IMG/VR virus record: IMGVR_UViG_3300046533_000211
Location: 33,220 to 97,219 of that record
Length of the DNA: 64,000 bases
From: a virus
Lineage: Duplodnaviria; Heunggongvirae; Uroviricota; Caudoviricetes
Direction: 5' to 3' (one strand)
Position 1 is the first letter of the stretch; every line of letters begins with the position of its first letter. A program made the position numbers and the translations under genes. Shown piece by piece: positions 26,501 through 36,817 of the stretch. The notes under the pieces are model-generated. The model saw only the letters and a list, made by a program, of their open reading frames with translations, did no database searches and was not told the origin of the DNA.

Positions 26501-28456
26501 TCACTGGAAGATCGTGCCCTCGCCAGCTAGCTGCCCGACCAGGCTGTAGACCGCCGCCATCGTCTTGAACGCCGCATTGAACGGGTCGCTCTTGTTCTTG
26601 TCCTGGCCGATGGCCATGCTCACCCGCACCGGCTTGGTCCAGTCCCACTCGCGCTTGAGGGAGAACACGTTGTCGACGTAGATCACGCCATCGTGCTCGA
26701 AGCCCACCCGGTCGCCAAGCTGGTAATCCACGTTGGCGATCCATGGGAACCCATCCAGGGCAGTCGCCTTGAACGCTGCCCACTGCCGTGTCTTCCAGTT
26801 GCCAGTCCGCAGGGTGAGCACGCTCGCGAGGGTGTAAGCCGTGCCGGTGCCCTTCTCGAAGTGCTCCAGCCAAGCCAGCTCGCCCGCGTAGATAGCACGG
26901 ATCGGATCGGTGAAGCGCTGCCAAGCGAGCAAAGTATTATCGAGCTGATTCTGATAAAGATTGTCGAGGCCCGGAGTGCCCGCGACCTGCTGCGGAGCAC
27001 CGAAATCCTCGGCGATTCCCTTGTTTATGACCTCTGATAGCTTGGCTAAGGAGTAGCGTATAGCAAATGTCTGGGCTTGGTTCACAATGACCGGACTCTT
27101 GGAGCCGGTCATCACCGTTTTCACGGTGCCCTTGTGCCATGTCAGGTCCGAGTTCATCAGCCCGTTGAAGTAGCCGTCCCACCAGATCACCCTCGGCGGT
27201 TGCGGGGCCACATCCAGGAGTGACTCGATCAGGTAGGTCCGGTCGATCCCTGCGGCATCCTCCACCGGCAACCCATTGAGCGTGCGGCCTGGGTCGAACG
27301 TCTCGCCAGTGTTCAGGTCGATGGTCACCGGGGTGATCAGGTCGTCCAGCGTGACGCCCACCGTGGCCATCAGGCCATCGGCTGCCGTCCCGGTCGGGCC
27401 TGTGTGCCCCGCGATGTTCTCGAACCCGAAGATGGCACAGTTGCGGGTCGGCGCGACCAGCTTCTCGATGGGGGTGGTGATGTCGTCCAGGTTGACGCCC
27501 AGGATGATCGAGAGCAGATCGGGTGCCAGTGTCATCAGGCTGGCCAGCTCATGGTTCGGGCTGTCCTTGTCGGTGGTCAGGTAGGTGTAGCAGCGCATCA
27601 TTACGCCGCCGTCCATGAGGATGTCCTTGAACGCATCGTGTGCGGTGCCCCATGCAGAGCCGAGCGAGGACCACCGCGACTGATCCAGGAGCGGGTTGAC
27701 GAATGCCACCTGGATCGGCCAGGAAGTGGGCAGCACGTTGAGCACCGCATCGGGCGACAGCGGGTTGATCCAGCCCGCTGGGTTGGCGATGTTGGTCAGC
27801 CCACTCCACCCCGGCATGAACTGCCTCGCGAGGTTGATGAACATCGTCGCCATGCAGATGGTGCGGATCGGCCCTGGCAGCACCCACATGCGCGGCAGCT
27901 GGACCTCAGGCGGGAAGATCGGGTTCGCGGCGATCAGGATGCGCTTGGCGTGCTCGTAGAAGCTCAGCGCGGTCAGCTCGATCTCGCTGGTGCCCTGGTC
28001 CGTCTTCTTGATGTGGATCTCGGTGATCTTCCCGCCCCACCGGGTGCGCCAATCTTGCTGGGTCGGAATGGGATCAATCAGCAGGTGGAGATCGGAGACA
28101 GGCTTGGTCTGGTGGATCAGGTAGTCGGTCAGCCAGTGGTCGTGGCGGATCTTCAGGACGGCCTTGCCGGTGTCGCCCAGCAGCTCCTCAAGGTTGCACG
28201 ACAGCTCGCCATCGACCTCGGTGAGGATGTCCAGGTTGCGGTCACCGATCCGAATCAGTGGGTGTTGCTTGCCCTGGTTGATCGCGATCTGGCGCACACC
28301 CTGGAGGTAGGTCGCACACTGCAGCGGCTGCTTGAGCAGGTCAGGGACGCCGTTCGCTCCGGGCGTGGGCAGCAGGTCATCGATCCACCGGGTGAACTGC
28401 AGCCCGATCTTGGACTGGTCGGGCAGCCCAAAGATGTCGCTGAGGAATTGCGTCAC
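26501..28456 (-). CDS. minor tail protein (Tal-like, 651 aa)
   Basis: Large ORF downstream of Dit-like gene. Confidence 0.65.
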   Translation of the reverse strand: MTQFLSDIFGLPDQSKIGLQFTRWIDDLLPTPGANGVPDLLKQPLQCATYLQGVRQIAINQGKQHPLIRIGDRNLDILTEVDGELSCNLEELLGDTGKAVLKIRHDHWLTDYLIHQTKPVSDLHLLIDPIPTQQDWRTRWGGKITEIHIKKTDQGTSEIELTALSFYEHAKRILIAANPIFPPEVQLPRMWVLPGPIRTICMATMFINLARQFMPGWSGLTNIANPAGWINPLSPDAVLNVLPTSWPIQVAFVNPLLDQSRWSSLGSAWGTAHDAFKDILMDGGVMMRCYTYLTTDKDSPNHELASLMTLAPDLLSIILGVNLDDITTPIEKLVAPTRNCAIFGFENIAGHTGPTGTAADGLMATVGVTLDDLITPVTIDLNTGETFDPGRTLNGLPVEDAAGIDRTYLIESLLDVAPQPPRVIWWDGYFNGLMNSDLTWHKGTVKTVMTGSKSPVIVNQAQTFAIRYSLAKLSEVINKGIAEDFGAPQQVAGTPGLDNLYQNQLDNTLLAWQRFTDPIRAIYAGELAWLEHFEKGTGTAYTLASVLTLRTGNWKTRQWAAFKATALDGFPWIANVDYQLGDRVGFEHDGVIYVDNVFSLKREWDWTKPVRVSMAIGQDKNKSDPFNAAFKTMAAVYSLVGQLAGEGTIFQ

Positions 28457-28462
28457 GGCGGG

Positions 28463-28936
28463 TTACCGCCGAGGGGCTTGACCGGGCATCGCAGCGCGGT
28501 TGGTCTGCTGGCGGCGATCACCCCGGCGACCAATGGACCCGGTGGGCTGCTGGCGCACGTTGTTGCCCACCGCACTGACCGTCATCGGGGTTGCACCCGC
28601 AGGGATCTGGCCAGCTGGGGTGACCATGGCGCGGCGCGGTGGGAGGTCGCCCAGTGGCGTCTCGTTGGCTTTGTTGTCCTCCTGGATGCGCGCGCCCTCC
28701 TCAGCGGCTGCCACAGCGGAGACAACGAAGTCGGCCACCTCACGTGGATCGAGGTGGCGGGGCAGCATCAGCAGGCCGTCCGGTCCCACGCTGATCTCCC
28801 ACGTCCCGGCCCGGACCAGTGACCAGCCGTTCGGAAACCGCTCACAGGTGGCCTCGGGCACCTCGCTGCGCATCTCGCCAGTCTCAGGCTCGGCGGCATC
28901 CTGGGGCGGCTCCTCCACAGCCTTCTTCGGTGGCAC
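28463..28936 (-). CDS. hypothetical tail protein
   Basis: 157-aa ORF. Confidence 0.5.
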   Translation of the reverse strand: MPPKKAVEEPPQDAAEPETGEMRSEVPEATCERFPNGWSLVRAGTWEISVGPDGLLMLPRHLDPREVADFVVSAVAAAEEGARIQEDNKANETPLGDLPPRRAMVTPAGQIPAGATPMTVSAVGNNVRQQPTGSIGRRGDRRQQTNRAAMPGQAPRR

Positions 28937-28937
28937 G

Positions 28938-29156
28938 TCACACCTCCAGCCGCTTGCGGTACGCGATGCGGTCGGCCTCTAGCTCGGCCTGTGTCTTGAG
29001 CAGCTCCACGTCACGATGCTTGACATCGACGCCGGGGCCTTCCAACCGGTATGTCAGCTCGCCGTTGGCACCCACACCGAACGACCGGATGATGAACGGC
29101 TTCGCGAACCAGTAGTGCCCCGCGTCGTCCTTGAACTCGTCCCAGCTCAGTTTCAT
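28938..29156 (-). CDS. hypothetical protein (72 aa)
   Basis: ORF in tail operon. Confidence 0.5.
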   Translation of the reverse strand: MKLSWDEFKDDAGHYWFAKPFIIRSFGVGANGELTYRLEGPGVDVKHRDVELLKTQAELEADRIAYRKRLEV

Positions 29157-29171
29157 GCGCTGATCGTCCCA

Positions 29172-30314
29172 TCATCTCGACCGTTTGAACCTCTGCGACA
29201 CCATCGCCATGATCACGCCGTTTGGATTGCTATGGCCCACGGTGAGATGCGCCACCGTGTGCGGCGGGATCTGGTAGATAAAGCGGTTGTTCCAGGTCAT
29301 CTGGAGCGGGAGGCCCATGTTGGCGATGCCGCCCAGGAAGAAGTTGAGGATCGTGGACTGCCGGATCAGGTCGAACAGCAGATTGTCCTGGGGGTCGTTC
29401 GCCGCCGTCAGAGTCCGGTGACCCGGCTCGGTGTCGCACATGTAGGTGCCCACACTCTTGGTCGTGTTCGGCAGCGGCACCAGCCGCCCAGAGTCGTTGT
29501 CCTGCACGATGGCCTGGCCGGGGCTGGAGACGTAGTACGTGACGAAGCTGGGCAGGTCGGAGCGGTTCGCGACGGGCAGGGTGCCCCAGTAGTAGGTGTT
29601 CCCCACCAGCTGGTCCCACAGCCCGATGAGCGGACCCGATGGAGGCGGGGCGGCTGCGCCCGCCACCTTGGCGTCGAAGATCCGGTACAGCGCGGGCTTG
29701 GTGAAGTACGGCCTGCTCGCCACCCAGTTGATGTCCCACTGGCTGACGTTGTTGCCGTACGCGGTGGCGTCCATCTTCTGCGGGGTGGCAATGGTCTTGA
29801 GAGGCCGCACCGGGTCGAACCGCCAGCCACTGAATCGGGTGTAGACACCCAGCCAGCCGTCGTTGTTCTCGTCCTGGCCAGCCCACCAGTGATCCTCAGC
29901 CATCCGGTATTCGTACTCGGTCATCGGTGGTGCGTGCCGCCCGATGACGATGCCGAGGTTGTATTCCCGCTGCGGGATGTTGGTGCGCTCGATCACCGAA
30001 CCCATGATGTACGGGCTGTTCGTGATCACCTGCTCATAGGGCCACTGCTGGTCGCCAACCATCTGGGTGGCGGCGCGCACCCCTTGGCGTCCCGCGAACG
30101 GACCCGCCAGGTTGTAGAGGTCGTTCGTGGGTGACAGGTAGATCATGTGCGTGTTCATCCCGCGCAGCTTCGGCGGCAAGCGGTCGAACTGGACTGCAGG
30201 ATCGAGGAATGGACGCAGGTCGTAGGTCGTGGTGTTGCCGCGCGGGAAGTGGGCGGTCTGGGAGGTGACCGTCTGCTGACCGGGCGCGAGCACGCTGCGT
30301 AGGGCCGTCATCAT
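29172..30314 (-). CDS. minor tail protein (distal tail protein/Dit-like), immediately downstream of tape measure
   Basis: 380-aa ORF; position and size. Confidence 0.6.
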   Translation of the reverse strand: MMTALRSVLAPGQQTVTSQTAHFPRGNTTTYDLRPFLDPAVQFDRLPPKLRGMNTHMIYLSPTNDLYNLAGPFAGRQGVRAATQMVGDQQWPYEQVITNSPYIMGSVIERTNIPQREYNLGIVIGRHAPPMTEYEYRMAEDHWWAGQDENNDGWLGVYTRFSGWRFDPVRPLKTIATPQKMDATAYGNNVSQWDINWVASRPYFTKPALYRIFDAKVAGAAAPPPSGPLIGLWDQLVGNTYYWGTLPVANRSDLPSFVTYYVSSPGQAIVQDNDSGRLVPLPNTTKSVGTYMCDTEPGHRTLTAANDPQDNLLFDLIRQSTILNFFLGGIANMGLPLQMTWNNRFIYQIPPHTVAHLTVGHSNPNGVIMAMVSQRFKRSR

Positions 30315-33300
30315 GGATTCCCTGGTACTGGAGCAGCGCCGACCGTCGCAGTCTGGCGGGAGCCGTCAACCTGGGCATTGTTCACCGACGACTTGAATTG
30401 GTCCGGTGTGGTCACCCCGTTGTTGTTCACATGGATCTGGACACCGGGCGCACCCGGTCCTTGGCCCTGAGCGCCCACAGGTACATTGGCTGGCCCCTCA
30501 CTAGGGGCCATCGCATTCGGGATGTCAGCGGGGCCAGGAGGGGCACCAGTGCCCGCATGTGTGGTGTCCGTGGTATCGAGGCCGGGGATCTTGATACCGA
30601 ACAGCGACGAGAGGAAGTCACCGGCACCGCCACCGGACCCCGCAGCGGCACCGCCACCGGACCCCGCAGCGGCACCGCCACTGCCCGTCCCCGTCCCCGT
30701 CCCGGTGCCCGTCCCACCGCCCATGTTCTGCAGCAGGCCCATGCCGTAGCCCATCCCGCCCATGGCCAGCTTCCAGATGCCCCACTCCGTGAAGGGCTTA
30801 CCGAACACATCGGGGAAGCCCAGCTCCTGGAACATGCCCTTGATCAGACCCTGGCCCAGCTGCTGCGCTGCGCCCGAGTCACCAGCGCCAGCCTCAGCAC
30901 CCTTGGCGGCGGGCTTCTCCAGCTCCAGTGCCTTGTCACGTTGCGCCTTGGAGACGTTGCCCTGAGCGTCGGCCAGGCTGCCGGTCGTGTCGGCAAGCGA
31001 CTTCTCGGCAGCCGCCAGCTTGTCTCGGGCCTTCTGGATGTCATCGGCCTGGAGCTTCTGCTGGGGTGCGGGCAGCGCCAGCAGCTTGTCCAGGTCGGCC
31101 TGCTTGGCATCGCGGTCCTTCGTCAGGTCACCGATCTTGCCGTTGATCTCATCCACGCGCTTCTGCTTGTCCGCGATGCCCTGGTCCATGTCGGCCAGCC
31201 TGGCGTTGCGCCTGTCCGTGTCGTAGTTGCCACTCAGCGCACCACCGCTGCCCGTACCCGTACCACCACTGCCCAGGCCACCAGTCCCGCCACCGCCCGC
31301 ACTGCTGACGGAGGCATTGAAGATCTGACCGCTACCGCCACCGCCACCGCCCCAGGCGGCTGGTGCTTCACCCGTCCCGTCATTGGTGACGTGCCCGCCA
31401 CTCACCTGGGCAGTGGGTGCTCCCGCCGAGGCCATGGCGGAAGCGAACCGGTCCAGGGTGGAGCGCTCCGCATCGCTGTAGCTGGCACCGGACATGTCAG
31501 CATGGCCCTTGGGCCACCAGTCGATGCCCCGGTTGTATCCCGACTTCTCCTGGTGGCCTGGGTAGGTGCTGCCCTCGACACCGAACTGGTCGCCCAGCGC
31601 GTAGACCCACTGCGGGAACCCTGGCGCACCCTGGCGGATGTCAGTGCCAATCGGCATCCCGTAGGGGGAGCCGTCAGGGGCAGTGAAGAACGAGGTGTGG
31701 ACATGCCCGTGGTGCCCGCCCCAGTCACTCGCGTAGTAACCGGACTGGCCTGTGCCGGGGCCGACCAGCTTGCCGCCCGCCTCACCGATCTCCACACCGC
31801 TCGCCGGGTTGGCCCAGATGACCTGCTGCACGCCCACCTGGCCGCCGCCCGCGAACTTCTCACCCGTGTGATGGTCACCGAAGTTAATGCCGTCCAGGAG
31901 TTGCTTGTGCTTCTGGGCCTTGTCGCGCTTGACCACGTACTCGCCGACCTCCAGCACGCCATGCACGGAGTCCTGTCCCGGCTGCCAGTCACCGGGGATG
32001 GGCTGCTGCATGTCACCGAACGTGGGCAGTTCGGCGAACCCGCCCTCCTGCTTCTGTAGTGGCTTGATCCACGGAATCACGTTCTTGGTGTACATACCTG
32101 CGCGCCACGCAGCCTTCTGGGCTGGGTCAATGGGGATGACCTGGACGTTGCCGCCCGACTGATAGCCGTGCCCCTCACCGATGAAGTTCGGCACGCCCTG
32201 CGAGTTCTGCCCGTACCGCTGCATCACGTAGTCGATGGCGGCGGCAATCTGGCCTGTCGGATCAAGGAACGGGCGGCTCAGGATGTTGTGTGCGTCGTAG
32301 GTGGACTTGATGAACTGCAGGATGCCCTGACTGGGGGTGCCCTTCTGGGCATTGGAGTCGGTCAGGTTGATCGCGTTGACATTGCCGCCCGACTCGGTGC
32401 CGATCTGCGTGACCAGCTTGTCGATCCACGCCTGGGTGTTGGTGATCCCGTAGCGGGGTGCCAGCGTCGTGACCACGTCCGTGACCGCAGGTCGCCAGCT
32501 CTCGGCTGACCCACCGCCAGCCATCTGGCCCAGCGCACCGTAGTTGCCCGCCGCCCCACCGCCACCGGGCAGCACACCAGCGCCTGGCGGGAACAGATTG
32601 GCGAGCGGGTTCTGGCCCGGACCCGCGACGATGGTGGCCGGGAGTTCAACCCCCTTCGTACCTTGGAAGTCTTTCGGGACGCCCGCGATGTCCATGATCT
32701 GGTCGACGGAATGCACGTCCTGCGTCTTGATCTCGGTCTCGATGGGCAGCTTCTTCTTGGTCGTCTCCTCGTACCACTTGGTGAAGTCGTCCTTGATCTT
32801 CTGGTTGCCGGTGAGCACCTTGGTGACGATCCCGTCCGGGCCGGTGGTCACCTCGACCCCGAGCTGGGCCAGCTTCTGCTTGCTCTCGGCCATCTGCTCC
32901 GGGGTGCCGATCAGCTGCATCTGACCGGTGTCGGTCGCCTTGAACATGTCCTGGACGGCTTCCTTGCCGGTCGCCGCATCGGTGATGTTCTGCTTCAGCG
33001 CCTCGCTGAAGTGCGCGCTCGATTCCAGCGGGTCGGTGAACGAGTGCAGGCCCTCCTGGATCTTGGGGATCTGGTCGGCAGCATGGTTGATGCCCTCGCC
33101 GAAGGTCTTGGCGTACTTGGTGAAGTCAACGTCGCCAATCGCCTTGAGGTCCCAGCCCATCTTGCTGACCGCGTCGTTGGCTTCCTTCATCCCCGGGATG
33201 TGCAGGGTGGAGCCGACCGCCGTGACCGCGTGCACGACCTGGAGCATTGCCTGACCCACGTCAACGATGGCCTCCTTGACCACGTTCAGGTAGGGCGCAA

Positions 33301-34705
33301 CCCCGATGATGATGTCGCCGAATACGTGAGCCGCCTCGGCGGTGACATGCAGGATGGTGTCGATGGCCTTGGTCACGAACGTCACGATGTCGCCCTGGTG
33401 CAGGGAGATCCACGTCCCGAGCTTGTCGCCCGCCTGGGTCAGCCCGTTCGCCATCCCCTCCGTGAGCGGCTGCAGCATCGACTCCAGCCTGACCTTGATC
33501 CCACCGATGGCGTCATGCAGGGTCGCGGTCTTCGCATTCGCCTCGTCCAGGGGGCGGTCGATCCCCTCTAGCGCATTGGTCTGATTCGGGAGTTCGACCA
33601 GGCCCTTCTTGAACGCCTCCAGCATGGCGGGAGCATTGCGTGGGAAGTACGTCCGCAGCAGCTCCTCCGCACCCGCCTCGTCCTTGTTCGACAGGTGGTC
33701 CTTGACCGCCTCGACCAGTGACCCCCAGCCTTCCTCGGGGGTGAGTCCCGCCTTGAGGAACTTGCTCGCCGCCATCTGGGCACCCGAGAGGAACTGCGGA
33801 ACCTTCACGCCTTCCTTATTGAGGTTGGCCAGCAGCGTGCCTGCCTGATCGATCCCGTAGCCGAACCCACGCAGCGCGGCAGCACCACCGGCACCCATGC
33901 TGGTGATCAGCTCGTTGACGGGCGTCCCGCTGGCGACGGCGATGTTGCCCAGCTTGTTCACGGTCGCAGCGGTGTCATCAGTGGCGACGTTGAACGCATT
34001 GAGGACACCAGTCAGGTCATCGGTGTTGATCTTCACATCACCGAACAGCTCTGACATGCTGGCGACCGCCTTGGTGGTCTCCTTCAGCTGCTCGGGGTTG
34101 AGGTCGCTCAACCGGGCATGCAGCGTGCCGATGGCATCAGCCGCGACATTCAGATTGTCCAGGCCCTCCGAACCCAGGTCGCGCAGAATGTCCTTCAGCT
34201 CGGGCAGCTGGCCCAGGTCAAGGGTTGTCGCAGCGAGGTGGCGGTCCCACTCCTGCCACTGGGTGCCCATGTCGACCAGGGTGTTCAGGAAGTCGCCCGC
34301 TGGCCCCTTGAAGGCGTCGAGGGTGCCCAGCATCCCGTCGAAGACCGAGGTGAACATGTGGCCGATGATCGGGATCTTGCCTGCCGTGTTGTCAACGAAT
34401 CCCGTGACCACGTTCTCCGCAAGGTCGAAGCCCGACATCAGGTTGGGCATGTCGCCCTTCATGATCGAGCTGAAGGCGTCGGTGAACGCACCCGCCGCCG
34501 CACCGCCCATCTGGGCGAACATGGGAGCTGCCTCGGACAGCCCTGGGCCAGCCGACTGGAACGGGTGGAAGTTGTCGGCGAAGCCTGAGGTGAAGCCCGC
34601 AGCGGCCTCTGCGCCACCGCTCTTGACCGACTCACCCATGCCCGCGAAGGACGGGACCACACTGACGAACAGGGCGGTGAGATCAGACGCAGCGGCGATG
34701 GTCAC
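30311..34705 (-). CDS. tape measure protein with internal lytic transglycosylase (SLT) domain and HxH metallopeptidase-like motif
   Basis: 1464 aa downstream of tail chaperones; ...IGTESGGNVNAINLTDSNAQKGTPSQGILQF... SLT signature; WGGHHGHVH motif; Gly/Thr repeats. Confidence 0.8.
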   Translation of the reverse strand: MTIAAASDLTALFVSVVPSFAGMGESVKSGGAEAAAGFTSGFADNFHPFQSAGPGLSEAAPMFAQMGGAAAGAFTDAFSSIMKGDMPNLMSGFDLAENVVTGFVDNTAGKIPIIGHMFTSVFDGMLGTLDAFKGPAGDFLNTLVDMGTQWQEWDRHLAATTLDLGQLPELKDILRDLGSEGLDNLNVAADAIGTLHARLSDLNPEQLKETTKAVASMSELFGDVKINTDDLTGVLNAFNVATDDTAATVNKLGNIAVASGTPVNELITSMGAGGAAALRGFGYGIDQAGTLLANLNKEGVKVPQFLSGAQMAASKFLKAGLTPEEGWGSLVEAVKDHLSNKDEAGAEELLRTYFPRNAPAMLEAFKKGLVELPNQTNALEGIDRPLDEANAKTATLHDAIGGIKVRLESMLQPLTEGMANGLTQAGDKLGTWISLHQGDIVTFVTKAIDTILHVTAEAAHVFGDIIIGVAPYLNVVKEAIVDVGQAMLQVVHAVTAVGSTLHIPGMKEANDAVSKMGWDLKAIGDVDFTKYAKTFGEGINHAADQIPKIQEGLHSFTDPLESSAHFSEALKQNITDAATGKEAVQDMFKATDTGQMQLIGTPEQMAESKQKLAQLGVEVTTGPDGIVTKVLTGNQKIKDDFTKWYEETTKKKLPIETEIKTQDVHSVDQIMDIAGVPKDFQGTKGVELPATIVAGPGQNPLANLFPPGAGVLPGGGGAAGNYGALGQMAGGGSAESWRPAVTDVVTTLAPRYGITNTQAWIDKLVTQIGTESGGNVNAINLTDSNAQKGTPSQGILQFIKSTYDAHNILSRPFLDPTGQIAAAIDYVMQRYGQNSQGVPNFIGEGHGYQSGGNVQVIPIDPAQKAAWRAGMYTKNVIPWIKPLQKQEGGFAELPTFGDMQQPIPGDWQPGQDSVHGVLEVGEYVVKRDKAQKHKQLLDGINFGDHHTGEKFAGGGQVGVQQVIWANPASGVEIGEAGGKLVGPGTGQSGYYASDWGGHHGHVHTSFFTAPDGSPYGMPIGTDIRQGAPGFPQWVYALGDQFGVEGSTYPGHQEKSGYNRGIDWWPKGHADMSGASYSDAERSTLDRFASAMASAGAPTAQVSGGHVTNDGTGEAPAAWGGGGGGSGQIFNASVSSAGGGGTGGLGSGGTGTGSGGALSGNYDTDRRNARLADMDQGIADKQKRVDEINGKIGDLTKDRDAKQADLDKLLALPAPQQKLQADDIQKARDKLAAAEKSLADTTGSLADAQGNVSKAQRDKALELEKPAAKGAEAGAGDSGAAQQLGQGLIKGMFQELGFPDVFGKPFTEWGIWKLAMGGMGYGMGLLQNMGGGTGTGTGTGTGSGGAAAGSGGGAAAGSGGGAGDFLSSLFGIKIPGLDTTDTTHAGTGAPPGPADIPNAMAPSEGPANVPVGAQGQGPGAPGVQIHVNNNGVTTPDQFKSSVNNAQVDGSRQTATVGAAPVPGNP

Positions 34706-35172
34706 AGCGTCCTACTCTCGCCGCCGATGGTGACCCTGGCATTGTTGTACCGCTCGATCAGACGCCGGTCCAGCTCCTCCAGGTCCATCTCGTCGGACTC
34801 GAACCAACCACCACCGAACGGGTTCGTAGCCGTGCGCTGGTTTGCCGCCTGGAGCACCTGGCCGGGGCGCTCGTAGGGCTGCGGCAGCTTGGCGAACCCG
34901 CTCTGCTGCTCCTGCATGTTGGCCAGCAGCTGGGCCTCACGGCTCCATCCACCATCGATGAAATAGCGGACCGAGGAGGTGGGCGGGGCGGCAACGATGA
35001 TGCAGGTCAGCTCGTAGAACGACAGGCGAGGCGTGAACAGGTCCTCGGCGCGGTGGTTCAACGCGAGCAGGTCACGGACCAGGGCGTAGCGGTACTCGCA
35101 GACGACCCGCTGCACCATCAGGATTCCCCCGGCGGCTCCCCGCTCGGTGGCGGGACGAATCCCTGGAACCAC
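34702..35172 (-). CDS. tail assembly chaperone, frameshift-extension (T-like) reading frame
   Basis: Overlaps 3' end of 35118-35609 in a different frame (35118-35172), the classic G/GT arrangement between major tail and tape measure genes. Confidence 0.6.
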   Translation of the reverse strand: MVPGIRPATERGAAGGILMVQRVVCEYRYALVRDLLALNHRAEDLFTPRLSFYELTCIIVAAPPTSSVRYFIDGGWSREAQLLANMQEQQSGFAKLPQPYERPGQVLQAANQRTATNPFGGGWFESDEMDLEELDRRLIERYNNARVTIGGESRTL

Positions 35173-35609
35173 TCCTGCCAGAATCGGCGCTTGTCCTCAC
35201 TGGGCAGCCTGAGCACCCGACGCTGAGTCTCGTCGGTCATCTCGGCCAGATCCATCCAGCGCCAGGACTGGTGCATCATGTCGAGTTCCTGCCTGTGGTT
35301 CTCCCACAGGAACTCCTCAGTGACGTTGACCGTGGAGATGTGCGGGACCACGAACGGCTCGCCACCCTCCTCGGTGGTCGGCGTGAACAGCTGGACTTTG
35401 CGGCTCCCGTACGAGTGCGGAGGCAGGTTGGCAGCGGCAACGAGCGGGATGCTTTCCTCTGGCTCCCGAGGTACGAACTCCACGGGTGGCTTCAGGGCGG
35501 CCTGGCCGTTGCCGTTGCTGGCAAGGGCCTGGCCGTTCTGAGCCTTCGCGGTGCGCTTGGCGGCTGGCTTGCGCGCAGTCGTCTTGCGCTTGGTGGTCGT
35601 TCCTGCCAT
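35118..35609 (-). CDS. tail assembly chaperone (G-like)
   Basis: 163-aa ORF between major tail protein and tape measure. Confidence 0.65.
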   Translation of the reverse strand: MAGTTTKRKTTARKPAAKRTAKAQNGQALASNGNGQAALKPPVEFVPREPEESIPLVAAANLPPHSYGSRKVQLFTPTTEEGGEPFVVPHISTVNVTEEFLWENHRQELDMMHQSWRWMDLAEMTDETQRRVLRLPSEDKRRFWQEWFQGFVPPPSGEPPGES

Positions 35610-35614
35610 TCAGA

Positions 35615-36274
35615 TCACGCAGCAACGCCAGTCGCGGTGACCTTGGCACCCTTGCGGGTCAGCACGGTGGTCGACGTGGTGATGCCGTCGTTCCAGTACT
35701 GATAGCCGTGGTTGTTGTCGTTGTCGGGCAACGGCTTGAGAGTCATGTCGTAGAGCGTCAGCTCCTTGTGGGTCCACTTCATCGGACCGACGAGGGTGAT
35801 GCGGGCGTAGGGCAGGACCAGGCGCATGTTGATCTTGCCGTAGAAACCGTCGAACACCCAGACGCCAGTGTCGAGGAGCTGCTGGTTGAGCTTGGCAGCG
35901 ATCTCGGTGCCGGTGCTCGCGGTGGCCGGGGTGACCTCCACGTTGGCGGCTCCATGAGCGGCACGCTGGACATCGGCGTTCATCGCCTGCAGGAGCTTGA
36001 ACTTGATCGTGAGTCCGTACTTGTCCTGCAAGACGGCGACCAGGTTCCCACCCCAGTCCTGGATCTCGACGTTGCCGCGCTCCTCGGTGCGGTCCACACC
36101 ATCAGCACTCACGCGGCCCAGTGCGATGAAGGAGGGATCGAGCGGGTCGTTGGCACTCGCGGGAAGTGTCACCGCGAGGTCGGGGCTGAACAGCACGCCA
36201 CCGGTTACCCGTGGCGAGGGTGCCGCCAGCTCCGCGACTTGCGCGATGATGACGGGCGGGGCCGGTGTGGTCAT
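35615..36274 (-). CDS. major tail protein
   Basis: 219 aa, position upstream of chaperones. Confidence 0.7.
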   Translation of the reverse strand: MTTPAPPVIIAQVAELAAPSPRVTGGVLFSPDLAVTLPASANDPLDPSFIALGRVSADGVDRTEERGNVEIQDWGGNLVAVLQDKYGLTIKFKLLQAMNADVQRAAHGAANVEVTPATASTGTEIAAKLNQQLLDTGVWVFDGFYGKINMRLVLPYARITLVGPMKWTHKELTLYDMTLKPLPDNDNNHGYQYWNDGITTSTTVLTRKGAKVTATGVAA

Positions 36275-36340
36275 GGGTTAGTCCTCCTGATCAGGGATCG
36301 CGATCCGGGTACAGCGTCGCACTGAGTTGCGCGCCTGTCC

Positions 36341-36817
36341 TCACGACACGCTGATTGGCACGCCGGGAACGCGCCACGTGACCATCCCCCGGTACCGGGT
36401 GAGGCGCACCAGTGGGTCCACCAGCTCAGTCGCCAGGGCGGTGATCCGGCTGTACGTGACGTACCACTCCTCGCCGGTATCGGTCATCGTCAGGGTCAGC
36501 CCCTGAGCGTTGCCGCCCCAGGCCAGCGCGGTCCCGCAGAGGTCCTCGGCCTTCCACTCGTTCTCGTAGTCGGCATAGCCGTGGAGGATGGCACTGGCGT
36601 CGAAGAACACGCCCTCGTCCAGGGCGACCCACGAACCGCCCCCTGCCTCTACCCGGAGGAAGCCATCCGGGTACGCCACGTCGTCGTCAGGGGTCGGCTT
36701 GGGGCGTCTGGTCTGGACCGGGGTCGGGGCCATCAGTGGCGTCAGGTAGCCCACCATCAGACCGCCCATCGGTGGCGGCTTGATGGTCGGGAACATCCGT
36801 GGGACAGCGGCGGTCAT
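36341..36817 (-). CDS. tail terminator / head-tail joining protein
   Basis: 158-aa ORF upstream of major tail protein. Confidence 0.5.
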   Translation of the reverse strand: MTAAVPRMFPTIKPPPMGGLMVGYLTPLMAPTPVQTRRPKPTPDDDVAYPDGFLRVEAGGGSWVALDEGVFFDASAILHGYADYENEWKAEDLCGTALAWGGNAQGLTLTMTDTGEEWYVTYSRITALATELVDPLVRLTRYRGMVTWRVPGVPISVS

